Source: an uncultured Actinomycetes bacterium
GTDB lineage: Bacteria; Actinomycetota; Thermoleophilia; UBA2241
NCBI GenBank assembly: GCA_963725665.1
Contig: CAVRZA010000011.1
Coordinates: 448,001-512,000 of the forward strand
Length of the DNA: 64,000 nt
Reading direction: 5' to 3'
The notes under the pieces were generated by a model. The model did no database searches. It saw only the letters and a list, made by a program, of their open reading frames with translations, and had not been told where the DNA came from. Below, one piece after another: positions 17,215-28,073 of the stretch. The translations under genes and the position numbers were made by a program. Each line of letters begins with the position of its first letter. Position 1 is the first letter of the stretch.

Positions 17215-18309
17215 TCAATCCGAGGCGACGGCCGTCGGCAGCGGCGCCCGATAGGCCGGGAAGAACCCCGCGCGCGCCACCGGGCCGCGCGCTTCGCGCG
17301 CCGCGGTGGCGCGCGCGTAGGCCTCCTCGTCGTGCACGCGCTTGCCGATGCAGAAGCGTGCCCGCAGCGGCGAGAAGCCGGCCTTGAAGCGGAAGAGGTC
17401 GTCGTTGGCCTCGTACCCGCTGCCGAGGTGCAGGGCGCTGCAGCCCAGGCTGCAGCCCCACTTCATCGCCTCGAAGAAGAGCAGGTTGGTGGGCCGCAGC
17501 TCGAGGTACTCGGGGTCGGCGCCGCCGAGGTGGTAGTGCACGAACTCGGGGGAGCGCAGGAAGAGGCCGGCGGCGATCATCTTCTCGCCGTGGCGCACCG
17601 AGAGGAGGGACTGCATCGGGCCGAGCAGCTCCCGGATGTCTCTGAAGTAGCGCTCGCTGAATGAGTCCTCGAGCCCCCCGCCTCGCCGTTCCGCGGTATG
17701 CCGGTACAGCTCGACGAAGCTCTCGTAGGCGTCCTCGCTGGACTCCTGCTGGAAGGTCAAGTCGCTGCCCAGAGCGCGGCGTACATTGCGTCGCGTCGGC
17801 GGGCTGAGGGTCTTGAAGCGCTCTTCCTGCGAGCAGTCGAGACGACACCAGACGGTGGTGTTGACGGGCGAGCACTCGACGTAGTGCTGCATGGCGAGCT
17901 CGGTGTCGAGCAGTGGATGGAAGCGCACGAACTCGCTCACCACGCGGTTCTTGGCGCACCAGCGGTCGAAGGCGTGACGAAACGTCTCCATGGCATGCTC
18001 GTCGCCGCGTCGCTTGTGGACCAGTGCGCCGCCGTAGCCGAAGGGGGTGGTCACGTCGTGGTAGCCGGCGTACTCCTCGCCCAGGTGGGGGAGCGTGGTG
18101 AGCTCGCGCAGGACGAACGGGTAGAGCACGACGGTCTCGCCGTGTGAGAAGAGGGCGCCCATCGCCGTGCCCTCGCCGAGACGCTGGGAGAGCAGGAGGT
18201 AGGGACTGGTGAAGTAGACGTCGCGCAGGCGTGCGGGTAGTTGCGCGAGCGCCTCGTCCCACCGTGGCGCCGCCTCATCGAGGGCGATCACTTCGAATCC
18301 CACCGTCAC
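17215..18309 (-). CDS. FemAB-like GNAT protein of polysaccharide loci
   Basis: DVYFTSPY, DVTTPFGYGG, VSEFVRFHP, HYHLGG, LHLGSG and LFRFKAGF motifs. Confidence 0.85.
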   Translation of the reverse strand: MTVGFEVIALDEAAPRWDEALAQLPARLRDVYFTSPYLLLSQRLGEGTAMGALFSHGETVVLYPFVLRELTTLPHLGEEYAGYHDVTTPFGYGGALVHKRRGDEHAMETFRHAFDRWCAKNRVVSEFVRFHPLLDTELAMQHYVECSPVNTTVWCRLDCSQEERFKTLSPPTRRNVRRALGSDLTFQQESSEDAYESFVELYRHTAERRGGGLEDSFSERYFRDIRELLGPMQSLLSVRHGEKMIAAGLFLRSPEFVHYHLGGADPEYLELRPTNLLFFEAMKWGCSLGCSALHLGSGYEANDDLFRFKAGFSPLRARFCIGKRVHDEEAYARATAAREARGPVARAGFFPAYRAPLPTAVASD

Positions 18310-20300
18310 CCCTTTGCCGGAGAAACCGCCTGCGCGGCGTCTTCGGCCTCGAACCGCGCCGCGATGAGGTCTTCGATGAAGTCCTCACTCACGTCGTCGG
18401 TCGATCCTCGCCTCAGGAGCACGCTCGGCACCGTCTCGAGCACGATCTTGACGTCGTTCTTGAAGCTCAGGGTGGCGACGTAGTACTCGTCCCACCTGAG
18501 CATCTCGGAGCGCCGCAGCCGGTTGCGGCCGCGTATCGCCACCAGCCCGGTTATGCCCGGTTTGACGCGAAGGACACGTTCGTAGTGTTCGCGGTACTCG
18601 TCGACGACCAAGGACAGGTTCGGCCGCGGCCCCACCAGGCTCATGTCGCCCTTGAGGACGTTGAAGAGCTGCGGCAGCTCGTCGAGGCTGAAGGCGCGCA
18701 TCCAGCGGCCCGCCCACGTGATGCGCGCGTCGTTCTCCTCGAGGTAGTAGCCGGGCCCGTGCTGCACGGCGTCGGGGATCATGGTGCGGAACTTGTAGAT
18801 GAGGAAGGGCGCGCCGTCGCGGCCCACGCGCTCCTGGGTGAAGAGGACGGGCCTGCCGCTCGAGGCGTAGACGACGGCCGCCAGGCCAGTCAGCAGCGGC
18901 GCGGCCAGCAGGGTCGCGGCGCCGCCGGCGGCGAGATCGAAGAGGCGCTTGCCGCGGCGGCCGTAGAAGGAGTGCACGGCCGCCGCCTCGAGGGCCGCAC
19001 TCTCGGCGATCGTCGGGGCGCGGTCGGGCATGCGGAAGCGGGGCGGCGCCGCAGACAGTCCGTCCGTTAGGCCGGGCGCGGCCGCCTCTTCGAGCGTGGC
19101 CAGGAGCCGCTCAGCCATGGCGTCGCGGTCGAACTCGCGCTCGGCGAGGCGGCGCGCGTTGGCCCCCAGCCTTTTCACTGCCTCCGGCTCGTCTGCTAGA
19201 GCGGCCATCGCGGCGGCCAGCGCGAGGGGGTCGCCGGGCGGCGCGTAGAGACCCGTGCGCTCGTCCTCCGCCAGGCGGCGGAGCCAGCCGTCGACGTTGA
19301 CGATGACCGGCTTGCCGGCCGCGAGACCGTCGAAGAACTTGTTGGGCGAGTTCGCGCTGAAGACGGGAATGTCGGCGAAGAGGGTCAGCATGGCGTCGGC
19401 GGCGCCGACGATGCCCGCCAGGCGCTCCTTGGGCACGGGCGGGAGGAAGAGGATGTTGCGCAGGCCGAGCTCGCGCGCCTGGGCCTCGAGTCGCGCTCGC
19501 TCCGACCCGTCGCCGATCACGACCACCGCGACGCGCTCGTCCCCCAGGCGCGCGAGCTCGGCCGCCGCCTCGACGAGGCAGTCGAGGCCGTTGGCTCTGC
19601 CCACGGCGCCGGTGTAGAGGACGACGAACTTGTCCTGCAGGCCGTGCTCGGCGCGGAAGCCCTGGTCGACGTTCGTGGGCCGGAACAGGTCGAGATCGCT
19701 GGCGTTGGGGATGAAGACGATCTTCTTGTCGGGGACACCGTCGCAAAGCAGGGCCTCGCGGGAGCCTTCGCTGAGGACCACGACGCGTTCCGCTGCGTCG
19801 TAGAGGGTGCGCTCGAGGCGGCGCGCCGCGGCCACGGCGGCCGGGTTCTTGAGGGCGCCCATGGCGATGGGCACCGCCGGCCAGAGGTCGCGCAGCTCGA
19901 AGACGAAGGGCCGCCGGTGGCGGCGCGCCGCCAGCAGCCCGGGGATGCCGATGGTGAGCGGCGTCGAGGTGGCGAACACCACGTCGGGCCGGCGCGCGGT
20001 GAGGCCGGCCAGGCCGGCGGCCAGGGTGAAGGCGGCGAACGAGGCCAGGCGAACCGGGTACGGGAAGTGGTTGGAGTACGGGACGTTGACGATCACCAGG
20101 TCGATGCCCTCGACGGTGCGGCGGGCCACGAGGTGACCGGAGGCGAGACGCCCGGCGTCGCCCTGCAGCCGCGTCGTGTCGGCGGTGACCACGGTCACCT
20201 CGTGGCCCGCCGCGACGAGCCGTCGCGCGAGCTCGAAGGAGCGCGTCGCCGAGGCGCCCTCGCGGGTGGCGAAGTACTGGTGGAAGTAGAGGATCCTCAT
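18306..20300 (-). CDS. Fusion of a WbuB-like GT4 glycosyltransferase and an initiating phosphoglycosyl transferase
   Basis: MRILYFHQYF, FELRDLWP and NSPNKFFD (GT4), then in frame KRLFDL, YKFRTM and DELPQLFNVLKGDMSLVGPRP (Bac_transf). Confidence 0.85.
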   Translation of the reverse strand: MRILYFHQYFATREGASATRSFELARRLVAAGHEVTVVTADTTRLQGDAGRLASGHLVARRTVEGIDLVIVNVPYSNHFPYPVRLASFAAFTLAAGLAGLTARRPDVVFATSTPLTIGIPGLLAARRHRRPFVFELRDLWPAVPIAMGALKNPAAVAAARRLERTLYDAAERVVVLSEGSREALLCDGVPDKKIVFIPNASDLDLFRPTNVDQGFRAEHGLQDKFVVLYTGAVGRANGLDCLVEAAAELARLGDERVAVVVIGDGSERARLEAQARELGLRNILFLPPVPKERLAGIVGAADAMLTLFADIPVFSANSPNKFFDGLAAGKPVIVNVDGWLRRLAEDERTGLYAPPGDPLALAAAMAALADEPEAVKRLGANARRLAEREFDRDAMAERLLATLEEAAAPGLTDGLSAAPPRFRMPDRAPTIAESAALEAAAVHSFYGRRGKRLFDLAAGGAATLLAAPLLTGLAAVVYASSGRPVLFTQERVGRDGAPFLIYKFRTMIPDAVQHGPGYYLEENDARITWAGRWMRAFSLDELPQLFNVLKGDMSLVGPRPNLSLVVDEYREHYERVLRVKPGITGLVAIRGRNRLRRSEMLRWDEYYVATLSFKNDVKIVLETVPSVLLRRGSTDDVSEDFIEDLIAARFEAEDAAQAVSPAKG

Positions 20301-21462
20301 CGCCGGGCGCGCGGTCGGGGGCCGACGGCCCTGCGTCCGCAAGGAGCGCTTCGTAGAAGTCGAGCAGCCGACCCTCGATCGCCTCCCAGCAGTAGCGCTC
20401 GCGCACGGCCGCACGCCCGCGCCGCCCCATCGCGGCGGTGATCTCGCGGCGCTCGGCGAGCTCGAGGACGCCGGCGGCGTGGCCGACGACCGTGGCCGGA
20501 ACAACAAGGCCGCAGCGCTCCCCGCGTACGACGTCGCCTTGCCCCGGCAGGTCGGAGACCAGCGCCGCGAGGCCCGCGGCGAGGCCTTCGAAGACCTTGT
20601 TGGTCGAGATACGCCGCCGCCCGTAGACGTCGGCCGGCCAGGGCGACCAGACGACGTCGGCTGCCGCCAGGTGGCGCGGTACCTCGGTCGGCGGCACGCG
20701 CCCGAGCAGGGTCACGCAGCCTGACAGCTCGGCGACCTCGGCGCGCACGCGGCGCTCGTACTCGGCGTCGGGGAACGGTCCGCCCAGCGTGAGCGTCGCC
20801 CGGTCGCCGACCTCGCGCATCACCGCGAGCATCAGAGACACGCCGCGGCTTTCGGCGAGCGTGCCGATGTGGACGAGCCTGAGGCGGCCGTCGCCGACGG
20901 CGACGGCCGCCTCAGGCTCGTCGGCGAAGCGCGAGAAGCGGGGGTAGTTGGGCAGGACGGTGCGCAGGGCCGGCCGCTCGCCCCAGCCGGCGTACTGGTC
21001 CTCGAGCACGGCGACGACGCCGTCGGCGCGCGCGGCCAGGGTGCGCTCGGCGACGCCCACGGTCGCGGCCAGCGGCGGCCGCGCCAGGGCCGGCACGTAG
21101 TGCCTGGTCTTCACGGCGTCGGCGAGGTACTCGTGCATGTCGTAGACGAAGCGGCGTCCGAGGGCCTTGACCGCCGGCAGCAGCGTCAGGAGCTCGGAGT
21201 CGTGCACGTGCACGACGTCGGGCCGCGACTGGCGCACGGTGGAGAGGATGGCTGGGCCGTGCCGCCAGCGCTCGGCGCGCGGGCGCATCGGCAACCGGAG
21301 CAGTGTCACGCCGTCGCGCTCGCCGCCGTCGGCGCCGGGGGCGAGGTAGGCGACCTCGTAGCCGGCGGCGGCCAGCGAGCGGCACTCGCGCTCGAAGATG
21401 CGCGGGTCGTCGGGCCGGTGGACGACGGAGACGTGAAGGACGCGGACGGGGTCGCTGCTCAC
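20297..21462 (-). CDS. GT4 glycosyltransferase (native stop lost to a probable indel near 20310-20340)
   Basis: VVHRPDDPRIF, VYDMHEY, NKVFEGLAAGL and RYCWE motifs. The expected ATGA overlap with the next gene is one base out of frame. Confidence 0.8.
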
Positions 21463-21471
21463 GGGCCAGCG

Positions 21472-21480
21472 ATTATACCA
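21472..21480 (-). promoter_or_regulatory. Extended -10 promoter of a near-leaderless GT4 transcript
   Basis: Minus strand TGG-TATAAT about 10 nt upstream of the GTG at 21462. Confidence 0.55.
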
Positions 21481-21585
21481 CCGGGCCGGTCCGGGTCTGG
21501 TACGCTGAAGGTCAGACGGCGCCCGTCGACTGCTGGCGTGCGACGACGGGCGAGCGCAAGAGCGACGTCAGCCGAGGGAGAGAAG

Positions 21586-22271
21586 GTGACGGCTCAGCCG
21601 GGACCGAAGGTCGGGCAGCTGGAGAGCGCTGTGCGCGGCGGCGGCCTTGTGATCGTGGGGGCCGGCGGCTTCGCGCGTGAGGTGCACGCGCTGGTCAAGG
21701 ACCTGGTGCGCGCCGGCGACGCCTGGGAGGTGCTCGCCTTCCTCGGGCGTCCTCCGGACCCGATCGGCACGCAGCTGCACGGCCTGCCGCTGCTCGAGAC
21801 GCTGCCTGACGACCTGCGCGGGCGGGTCGCCGCCGGCGTGGCCGCCGTCGGCGACCCGCCGGCGCGGCGCCGCGAGGTCGAGGCGCGCACCGGCGAGGTG
21901 CCTGCGTGGGCCCCCTGGTCCACCCCACCGTCACCTTCGACCCCGACACCGTGCTCATCGGTCCCGGGAGCGTGATCTGCGCCGGCGTCAGCCTGACCGC
22001 AGACCTGACCCTGGGGCAACATGTCATCCTCAACCTGCACTGCACTATCGGGCACGACTGCGTGCTCGAGGACTACGTCGCCTTGATGCCCGGCTGTCAC
22101 ATCTCGGGCGGAGCGGCTCTGCGCGAGGGCGCCTACCTGGGCACCGGGGCCGTAGTGCTCCCGTCGATCGAGGTCGGCGCCGGCGCCGTCGTCGGCGCCG
22201 GCGCAGTAGTCACGCGCGACGTGCCGCCGGGCGCGACCGTCGCCGGCGTGCCGGCGCGCACCGTCGGCTGA
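21586..22271 (+). CDS. NeuD/PglD-family sugar acetyltransferase (frameshift near 21910)
   Basis: VIVGAGGFAREV, AVGDP, then in the next frame LVHP, IGHD hexapeptide repeats and VAGVPAR. Confidence 0.85.
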
Positions 22272-22341
22272 GCGTCGGCTGCCCGGTGGGCTAACGGTGC
22301 CGGCGCGCGCCGTCGGTTGACGGCTTCGGCGAACGGCGTCC

Positions 22342-23896
22342 TCAGGGACTGACGGCGGCGCGCCACTGCGCCACGACGTCGCCGGCCGAGGTCGCGACGC
22401 CACCGTTTGCCAGCGTCCACTCGATCAGATCCCAGTAGACCCGGCCGTAGCCGCGCGAGACCAGCGGGTCGAGGCGCGTGTTGTGCCAGAGGACGGCTGC
22501 GGCGCCGCCCACTTCGCGCACGGCGGCGAGGACTCGCTGCGCCGCGGCCCGGCCTTCGTCCACGGGCAGGTCGCGGTAGTGGCGGTCCTGCAGGGTGCCG
22601 TCCATGATGACCAGGGGCAGCTCCACGAGGTCGAGCGGCCTGTCCTCCGCGAGGGAATAGGGCCTGAAGGGGAACGACAGCCCGCAGCGCGGTCCTTCGC
22701 GAGCGCCGAACGCGATGCTGGAGTCGTAAGCGAGCCCCGCCGCCTCGAGCAGGGGTAGCGTCTCGTGGTAGAGGCAGCGCAGGTAGTGGAAGCGGATGCC
22801 CTCGACAACGCCCGCGGTCATCTCCTTCAGGCGCGACCTGTCCTCCGACAGGACGGCGAGGTCGACGCGGTCGCGCGAGTTGCCGTGCAGACCGGTCTCG
22901 CGTCCCGCGCTGGCGCAGCAGACGCAGGAGGGCCGGCAGCCGACGGTGGTAGTTCGCGGCGTCGACGCCGTCGAGGCGCTCGCGATGGCTGGCGATGACG
23001 AAGAAGGTGGAGTCGGCGCCGAGCCGGTCCTCGCGCTCGATGAGCGCGGGGAAGGTCCAGTAGGGGTCGGAACCGGCCGGCAGGTGGTCGGTCAAGGCGC
23101 GTAGCAGGCACTCGAGCTCCCAGCGCGCGGTGGCGAAGTCGCCGGCGCGGGTCTCGAGCGCGGCGCGACGCAGTGAGCCCGCGACGGCGCGCGCCGTCCA
23201 GCGCCGCAGGTGGTCGACGTCGTGGGTCAGGGCGATGGCGAAGGCGGCGTCGGCGGAGTGCGCGGCCGGGGCGCCTCCGCCGCGTGGGGCTGGCGTCGCC
23301 CCGCCATCGTGCGCGGCTGCGGCGGCGTTCGCCGCCGCGAAGGATCGCCCGGTCCTGGGCTTCCAGCGCGGAGGCGTGAGGTCGCGCGTTTGCGAGAGGA
23401 GGCGGCGCAACACGCGGACGTACCCGTCTAGCGGCGGGTCGGCCGCGTCGAGCGCCGCCTCCGTGGCGAAGAAGCTGAGCTCGTACGGGAAGCGCCCGTG
23501 CTGGTCGCGCTGCGGCCTGGTGTGTTCGTCCCAGGCGGCCAGGATGAGGAAAGCCGATGCCACGAGGTCGAAAGGCATGGCGAAGCCGGGGTCCGCGACT
23601 GGAAAGGCGCCGACGAGGGGGGCGGGCTCGTCGAAGCTCGTGAACGAGCCCGCCGGCACGTCGGCGCCGCCGGCAATCGCCGCCGCGGCCTCGGCCGAGA
23701 CCGGGATGGTCGGCACCCCGGCGACGGGCTGGGGCGCATACGCCAGGGAGGCGCCCTGCGAGAGCTCGCGGTCACGCACGACCTCCAGACGGCAGCCGGC
23801 CGCGTCGCAGAGCGTCCGCAGGACCCAGGCCGCTTTGCGCGCGAGATGGTCGGGGACGTCGACGAGCAGGCGCGCCGTCGGGCGTGGATCGCTCAC
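22342..23896 (-). CDS. Polysaccharide deacetylase-like protein, copy 1 (frameshift near 22912)
   Basis: FDLVASAFLILAAWDE, GRFPY, ALTHDVD, STFF, GLHG, RFHYLR, YDSS, ELPLVIMD and LWHN motifs. Confidence 0.82.
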
Positions 23897-23960
23897 CGCT
23901 CGACCCTTCTCGCTGCCGGTAGCTCGCTCACTGCCGGCTCCTCCGCGTCCGGCGGCCTGC

Positions 23961-25527
23961 TCACAGCTCGTCCTCGCCGGTGCGACGCCGCCAGCGGCGC
24001 GCGAGGGTGCCGGCGCTGCAGAGCAGCGCCCCCCGCTCGCGCGCCCAGTCCACCAGCGACCAGTACGCCTCGCCGTAGCCGCGCCCGACGTACGGGTGGA
24101 AGTGGTTGTGATGCCACAGGATGCTGACCCCGCCTCGCGAACGCTTGACGCGCTCGAGGACGGCCCGCGCGGCCGCGGCGGCCTGCTCGGGAGCGAGGGC
24201 GCGATACTTGGGCGCCAGCAGCGTGGTGTCCATCACGGCCAGCGGCAGCTCGAGGAGCGCCAGGGGCTCGTCCGTTCTGAGGTCGTAGGGATGGAAGGGG
24301 AACGCCGTGCCACAGCGGAAGCCCTCGTGCTCGGCGAAGGCGAGGCTTGTGTCGTAGGCGAAGCCGGCGCGCTCGAGGAGCGGCAGCGTCTCGTGGTAGA
24401 GGCAGCGCAGGTAGTGGTAGCGCATCCCCTCGACCGTGGTCGCGGCCTCTTCGGCGAGGCGGCCGCGGTCTTCGCCTGAGCGCCTCGAGGCCGAGGCGGT
24501 CGCGGTCGTTGCCGTGCAGGGCGATCTCGCGTTCGGCACGGCGCAGCAGGCGTAGCAGGTCGGGCAAGCGCCGGTGATAGACGGCCGGCGAGCTCCCGTC
24601 GAGGGGGTGGCTGTGGCTGGCGATGATGAAGAACGTCGAGTCGATGCCGAGGGCGTTCTCCCGCGCCAGCAGCTCGGGGAAGGTCCAGTAGGGGTCGACG
24701 CCGCGGGGCACGTCGCGCGTCGCGTGGTAGGCGAGCAGGCCGACCTCGAAGCGAGCCTGTGGCAGGTCGCCGGCCCTGAGCGCCCGGACGCCGCGCTTGC
24801 CGGCGGCCGGCCAGGCGCGCGGGATCCAGCGCGGCAGGCCGTCGACGTCGTGCGTCAGAGCGACGGCGAACGGGCTGCCGCCGTTGTCCCACACGGGCGG
24901 CTCGAGCGGCGGGCGATGCAGAGCCGCGAGGCGCTCGGCGATGATGCTGCCCAGCAGGCGCCCGTAGGCGTCGACGGCCGGCTCCTCGACGGCGAGCGCC
25001 GGGTTGGACGCGAAGACGCTGGCCGCGAAGGGAAAGCGGTCTTGCGCGTCGCGCGCGTCGCTCGTGTGCTCGTCCCAGCAGGCGAGCAGAAGGAAAGCGG
25101 AAGCGATGAGGTCGGCGGCGACGGCGAAGCCGGCGTCGCCGACCTCATCGCCACCCGCTCGCGCGCCGACGTCACCACGCCGCCTCGGGCCGCCATCGCC
25201 GCCCGCCCGCAAGCCACCAGCGTCGCCAGTGACGGGGAACGCCGCCACGAGCGTCTCGCCGCGCGCCTCGAGCGGCGCGAACGACCCCTCGGGCAGCGGT
25301 CTGTCGGCCGGGATGAGGTCGTGGGCCGCGCGTGAGGCGGGGATGGTCGGCACGCCGGGCACGGGTGCCGGCGCGTAGGCGAGCACGCAGCCGGGCGCCG
25401 CTGGGCGCTCGCGCACGAGACGTGCGCGAGCGCCCAGCGGCGCCAGCATCGTCTGCAGCGCCCAGGCAACCTTGGGGACCATGTGGTCGGGCACGTCGGC
25501 GAAGACGTCGAGCACGGGCGGCTTCAC
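23961..25527 (-). CDS. Polysaccharide deacetylase-like protein, copy 2 (frameshift near 24478)
   Basis: Same motif set as copy 1: ALTHDVD, STFF, ALHGN, RYHYLR, YDTS, ELPLAVMD, LWHH. Confidence 0.82.
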
Positions 25528-25530
25528 GTT

Positions 25531-26763
25531 CTAAAGCTCCACGTCTTCGCGCCGCGCCTCGCGCCGCCGCCGCAGACGCCGCCACACGAGGCGCGACCAG
25601 TGGGCCGTGTTGACGAGGCCGGGCAGCGGGTCGTCGAGGGCGAACACGCCGTCGACGCGCGTGGCGCCCAGCGAGCCCAACCACGACCCGGCGGTGAGCT
25701 CGCCGCGGCGAATCTCGAGGAGGCTGTCGGCGGTGTCCTTGAGGGTCAGGATCCAGCGCGCGCCGTCGCTCTGCGGTGGGCTCACCGACGGCTCGCCGAC
25801 GGCGTCGCGGTAGGCGGCCAGCGACAGGTTCACGCCGCAACGGGTGGCGAGCGTGTGCCAGAGCCAGTGGCGCGCGTTCACTTCCATGAGCTTATAGTGG
25901 CCGTCGCGTGGGTCGCGCTTGAACTCGACCTGCGAGACGCCGTGGAAGCGCAGCTCGGCGAGCAGGCGCACGGCCGCGTCGGCGAGGTCGGGGAGCCACA
26001 CGCTCTCGGCGAAACGGCTGGTCCCGAAGGTGCGCGGATGTTGCCGCAGCTTGCGCCCCGTGAACACGGCCAGGGGGTGTGACTCCGCGTCGAGGTAGGA
26101 GCCGACGGTGTACAGCTCGTCGTCCCCGCCGGGCACGATCTCCTGCAGCATCAGGGTGCCGCAGTCGTCCACGCGCCGGTAGACTTCGCTGAGCTCGTCG
26201 CGCGAGGGTATGACTAGCACGGGGCGGCCGAAGCGGCGCTTGAAGGCCAGGGAGGCCACGGGCTTGAAGATGGCGGGGAAGGTGGTGCGCGACGCCGCCT
26301 CCTCGAGGCTGGCGGCGTCGCGCACGAACTGGGTGGCCGGCGTGTCGACGCCGACGCGCCAGGCGGCGCGCAGCTGTTCCTCCTTGTCGGCAACCCAGCG
26401 CATCGTCTCCCAGCGCGCGAAAGGGATGCGGAACAGGGGCTCGAGACGCTCGGCGTGCCGCGACACGGCCCACACGTACTCATCGTGGGTGGGGAAGACG
26501 ACCGGCCGCTGGGGCAGCTCGCGTCCCAGCGCCTCGAGCCCGGCGACGAACTCCTCCTCGTCGTCGGCGGGGTCGGGCACGACGACGCCGGCGGCGTAGC
26601 GCGACATGAAGCCCAGAGCGCGCCGGTTGGGGTCGGCCGCCAGTACGGGTACGCCCTCGCGTCCCAGGTCGCGGATGACGCCGAGCCCGTTGGCGAACGA
26701 GCTCTGCAGCACGAGGGCCGGCGGGGTCGTGCGCGCCAACTCTATGAGGCGCTCGAACCTCAT
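25531..26763 (-). CDS. ATP-grasp carboxylate-amine ligase (D-aspartate ligase-like)
   Basis: NGLGVIRDLG, PTHDE, DK..., FPAIFKP, LQEIVPG, GRKLRQ, VEFKRDPRDG and EVNAR motifs. Confidence 0.85.
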   Translation of the reverse strand: MRFERLIELARTTPPALVLQSSFANGLGVIRDLGREGVPVLAADPNRRALGFMSRYAAGVVVPDPADDEEEFVAGLEALGRELPQRPVVFPTHDEYVWAVSRHAERLEPLFRIPFARWETMRWVADKEEQLRAAWRVGVDTPATQFVRDAASLEEAASRTTFPAIFKPVASLAFKRRFGRPVLVIPSRDELSEVYRRVDDCGTLMLQEIVPGGDDELYTVGSYLDAESHPLAVFTGRKLRQHPRTFGTSRFAESVWLPDLADAAVRLLAELRFHGVSQVEFKRDPRDGHYKLMEVNARHWLWHTLATRCGVNLSLAAYRDAVGEPSVSPPQSDGARWILTLKDTADSLLEIRRGELTAGSWLGSLGATRVDGVFALDDPLPGLVNTAHWSRLVWRRLRRRREARREDVEL

Positions 26764-28073
26764 GTCGAAGGCTCCGCAGCGTCGGGCACGATGGCGTCGC
26801 CCTCCGGCAGGGCGAGCGCACGGCGGTAGATGTCGAGCTGGCGCCGGGCGTTGGCCTGCCAGGTCAGGCCGGCGACCGCCGCGCGGCCGGCTGCGCCGAC
26901 GGCCGCGGCGGTCGCCGGCTCGGCGAGCAGGCGCGCAAAGAGCGCGGCGAGGGCCTCGTCGTCGTGAGCCGGCACGAGGAAGCCGCTGACGCCGTCCTCG
27001 ACGAAGTCCGCGAGGCCCTCGCCGTGGCAGCCCACGACGGGCGTGCCCTGCGACATCGCTTCGGCGTAAACGAGGCCGAACGCCTCGTCCACGCTGGGCA
27101 AGACGAACAGGTCGGCCGCCTTCATCAGGCCCAGCACCTCGGCGTGCTCGCGGCGTCCCACCAGGTGCACGTGCCGATCGATGTCGAGGCGGCGCGCCGT
27201 TTCCTGCAAGCGACCTACCAGAGGGCCGTCGCCGGCCACCACGTAGGCCGGCCGCTTCGCCACGGGCAGGCGGGCCAGGGCGCGCAAGACGGTCTCGTGA
27301 CCCTTTCGCTCGATCAGGTAGCCCACGGAGAGGACGAACGGACTGCCGCCGGGGATTCCGGCGGGCAAGAGCGATGATGTTTCGCCGGCCCGCCCGTCCG
27401 TCGGCCGAAGGCTCACGGGCGACTGGGCTTCCGGTGACCCGTCGCCGGGCGTATCGGCAACGTCATCGCTGCCGGCACGGCCATCCCTTGCGAAGCCGTT
27501 GAGGTTCACGTGGAGACGCTCAGGGGCGACGACGCCGTCGAGCGCGCGCGCCACTGCGCTAGACACGCAGACCACGGCCGCCGCGTTGCACAGCACGAGC
27601 GCCGTGGCGCGCGCGAGGGCGTCGCCGCCCCTGAGGTTGTGGTAGGCGTCGCGGCCGTGCACGGTCACTACGTAGGGCACGCCGAGGGCCGAAGCGAGCG
27701 CACGCGCCGCCGCCCCGTCGGGAACCGCCTGATGGGCGTGGATGAGGTCGATCCCGGCGCCGCGGAGCGCTGGCACGGACCGCCGCAAGGAGGCGTAGTA
27801 GAGGTCGCCGGCGTGCGACGCGAGGAACATGCCCGGCAGTACCGGCACGCGAGGGTACTCCACGAAGATGCCGTTGCGGACCGCGCGCGCGGGTGTCTCT
27901 CCCCTGCTGCGCATTCTCGGGACCGCCCACAGCACGCGCGGCGCGTACCCGGTCGGTGACAGCACCCGTACCCGCACGCCGAGAGCCGTCAGGGCTCTGG
28001 CTTGGTCCTCGACGAAGAGGTGCCGCTCATACCCCGGAGAGGGGTAGAGGTGCGAGACCACCAACACCTTCAT
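26760..28073 (-). CDS. GT4 glycosyltransferase (TuaC-like)
   Basis: KVLVVSHLYP, IHAH, VTVHGRD, RKG and EAFGLVYAEAM motifs. Confidence 0.88.
   Translation of the reverse strand: MKVLVVSHLYPSPGYERHLFVEDQARALTALGVRVRVLSPTGYAPRVLWAVPRMRSRGETPARAVRNGIFVEYPRVPVLPGMFLASHAGDLYYASLRRSVPALRGAGIDLIHAHQAVPDGAAARALASALGVPYVVTVHGRDAYHNLRGGDALARATALVLCNAAAVVCVSSAVARALDGVVAPERLHVNLNGFARDGRAGSDDVADTPGDGSPEAQSPVSLRPTDGRAGETSSLLPAGIPGGSPFVLSVGYLIERKGHETVLRALARLPVAKRPAYVVAGDGPLVGRLQETARRLDIDRHVHLVGRREHAEVLGLMKAADLFVLPSVDEAFGLVYAEAMSQGTPVVGCHGEGLADFVEDGVSGFLVPAHDDEALAALFARLLAEPATAAAVGAAGRAAVAGLTWQANARRQLDIYRRALALPEGDAIVPDAAEPST

Noticed and set aside
19111-21462. 783-aa extended glycosyltransferase
   Set aside because: The extension beyond ~20297 is out-of-frame read-through over the next gene after a lost stop.
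22880-24500. Shared programmed frameshift in the two deacetylase paralogs
   Set aside because: The shifts occur at different codon positions and sequence contexts.
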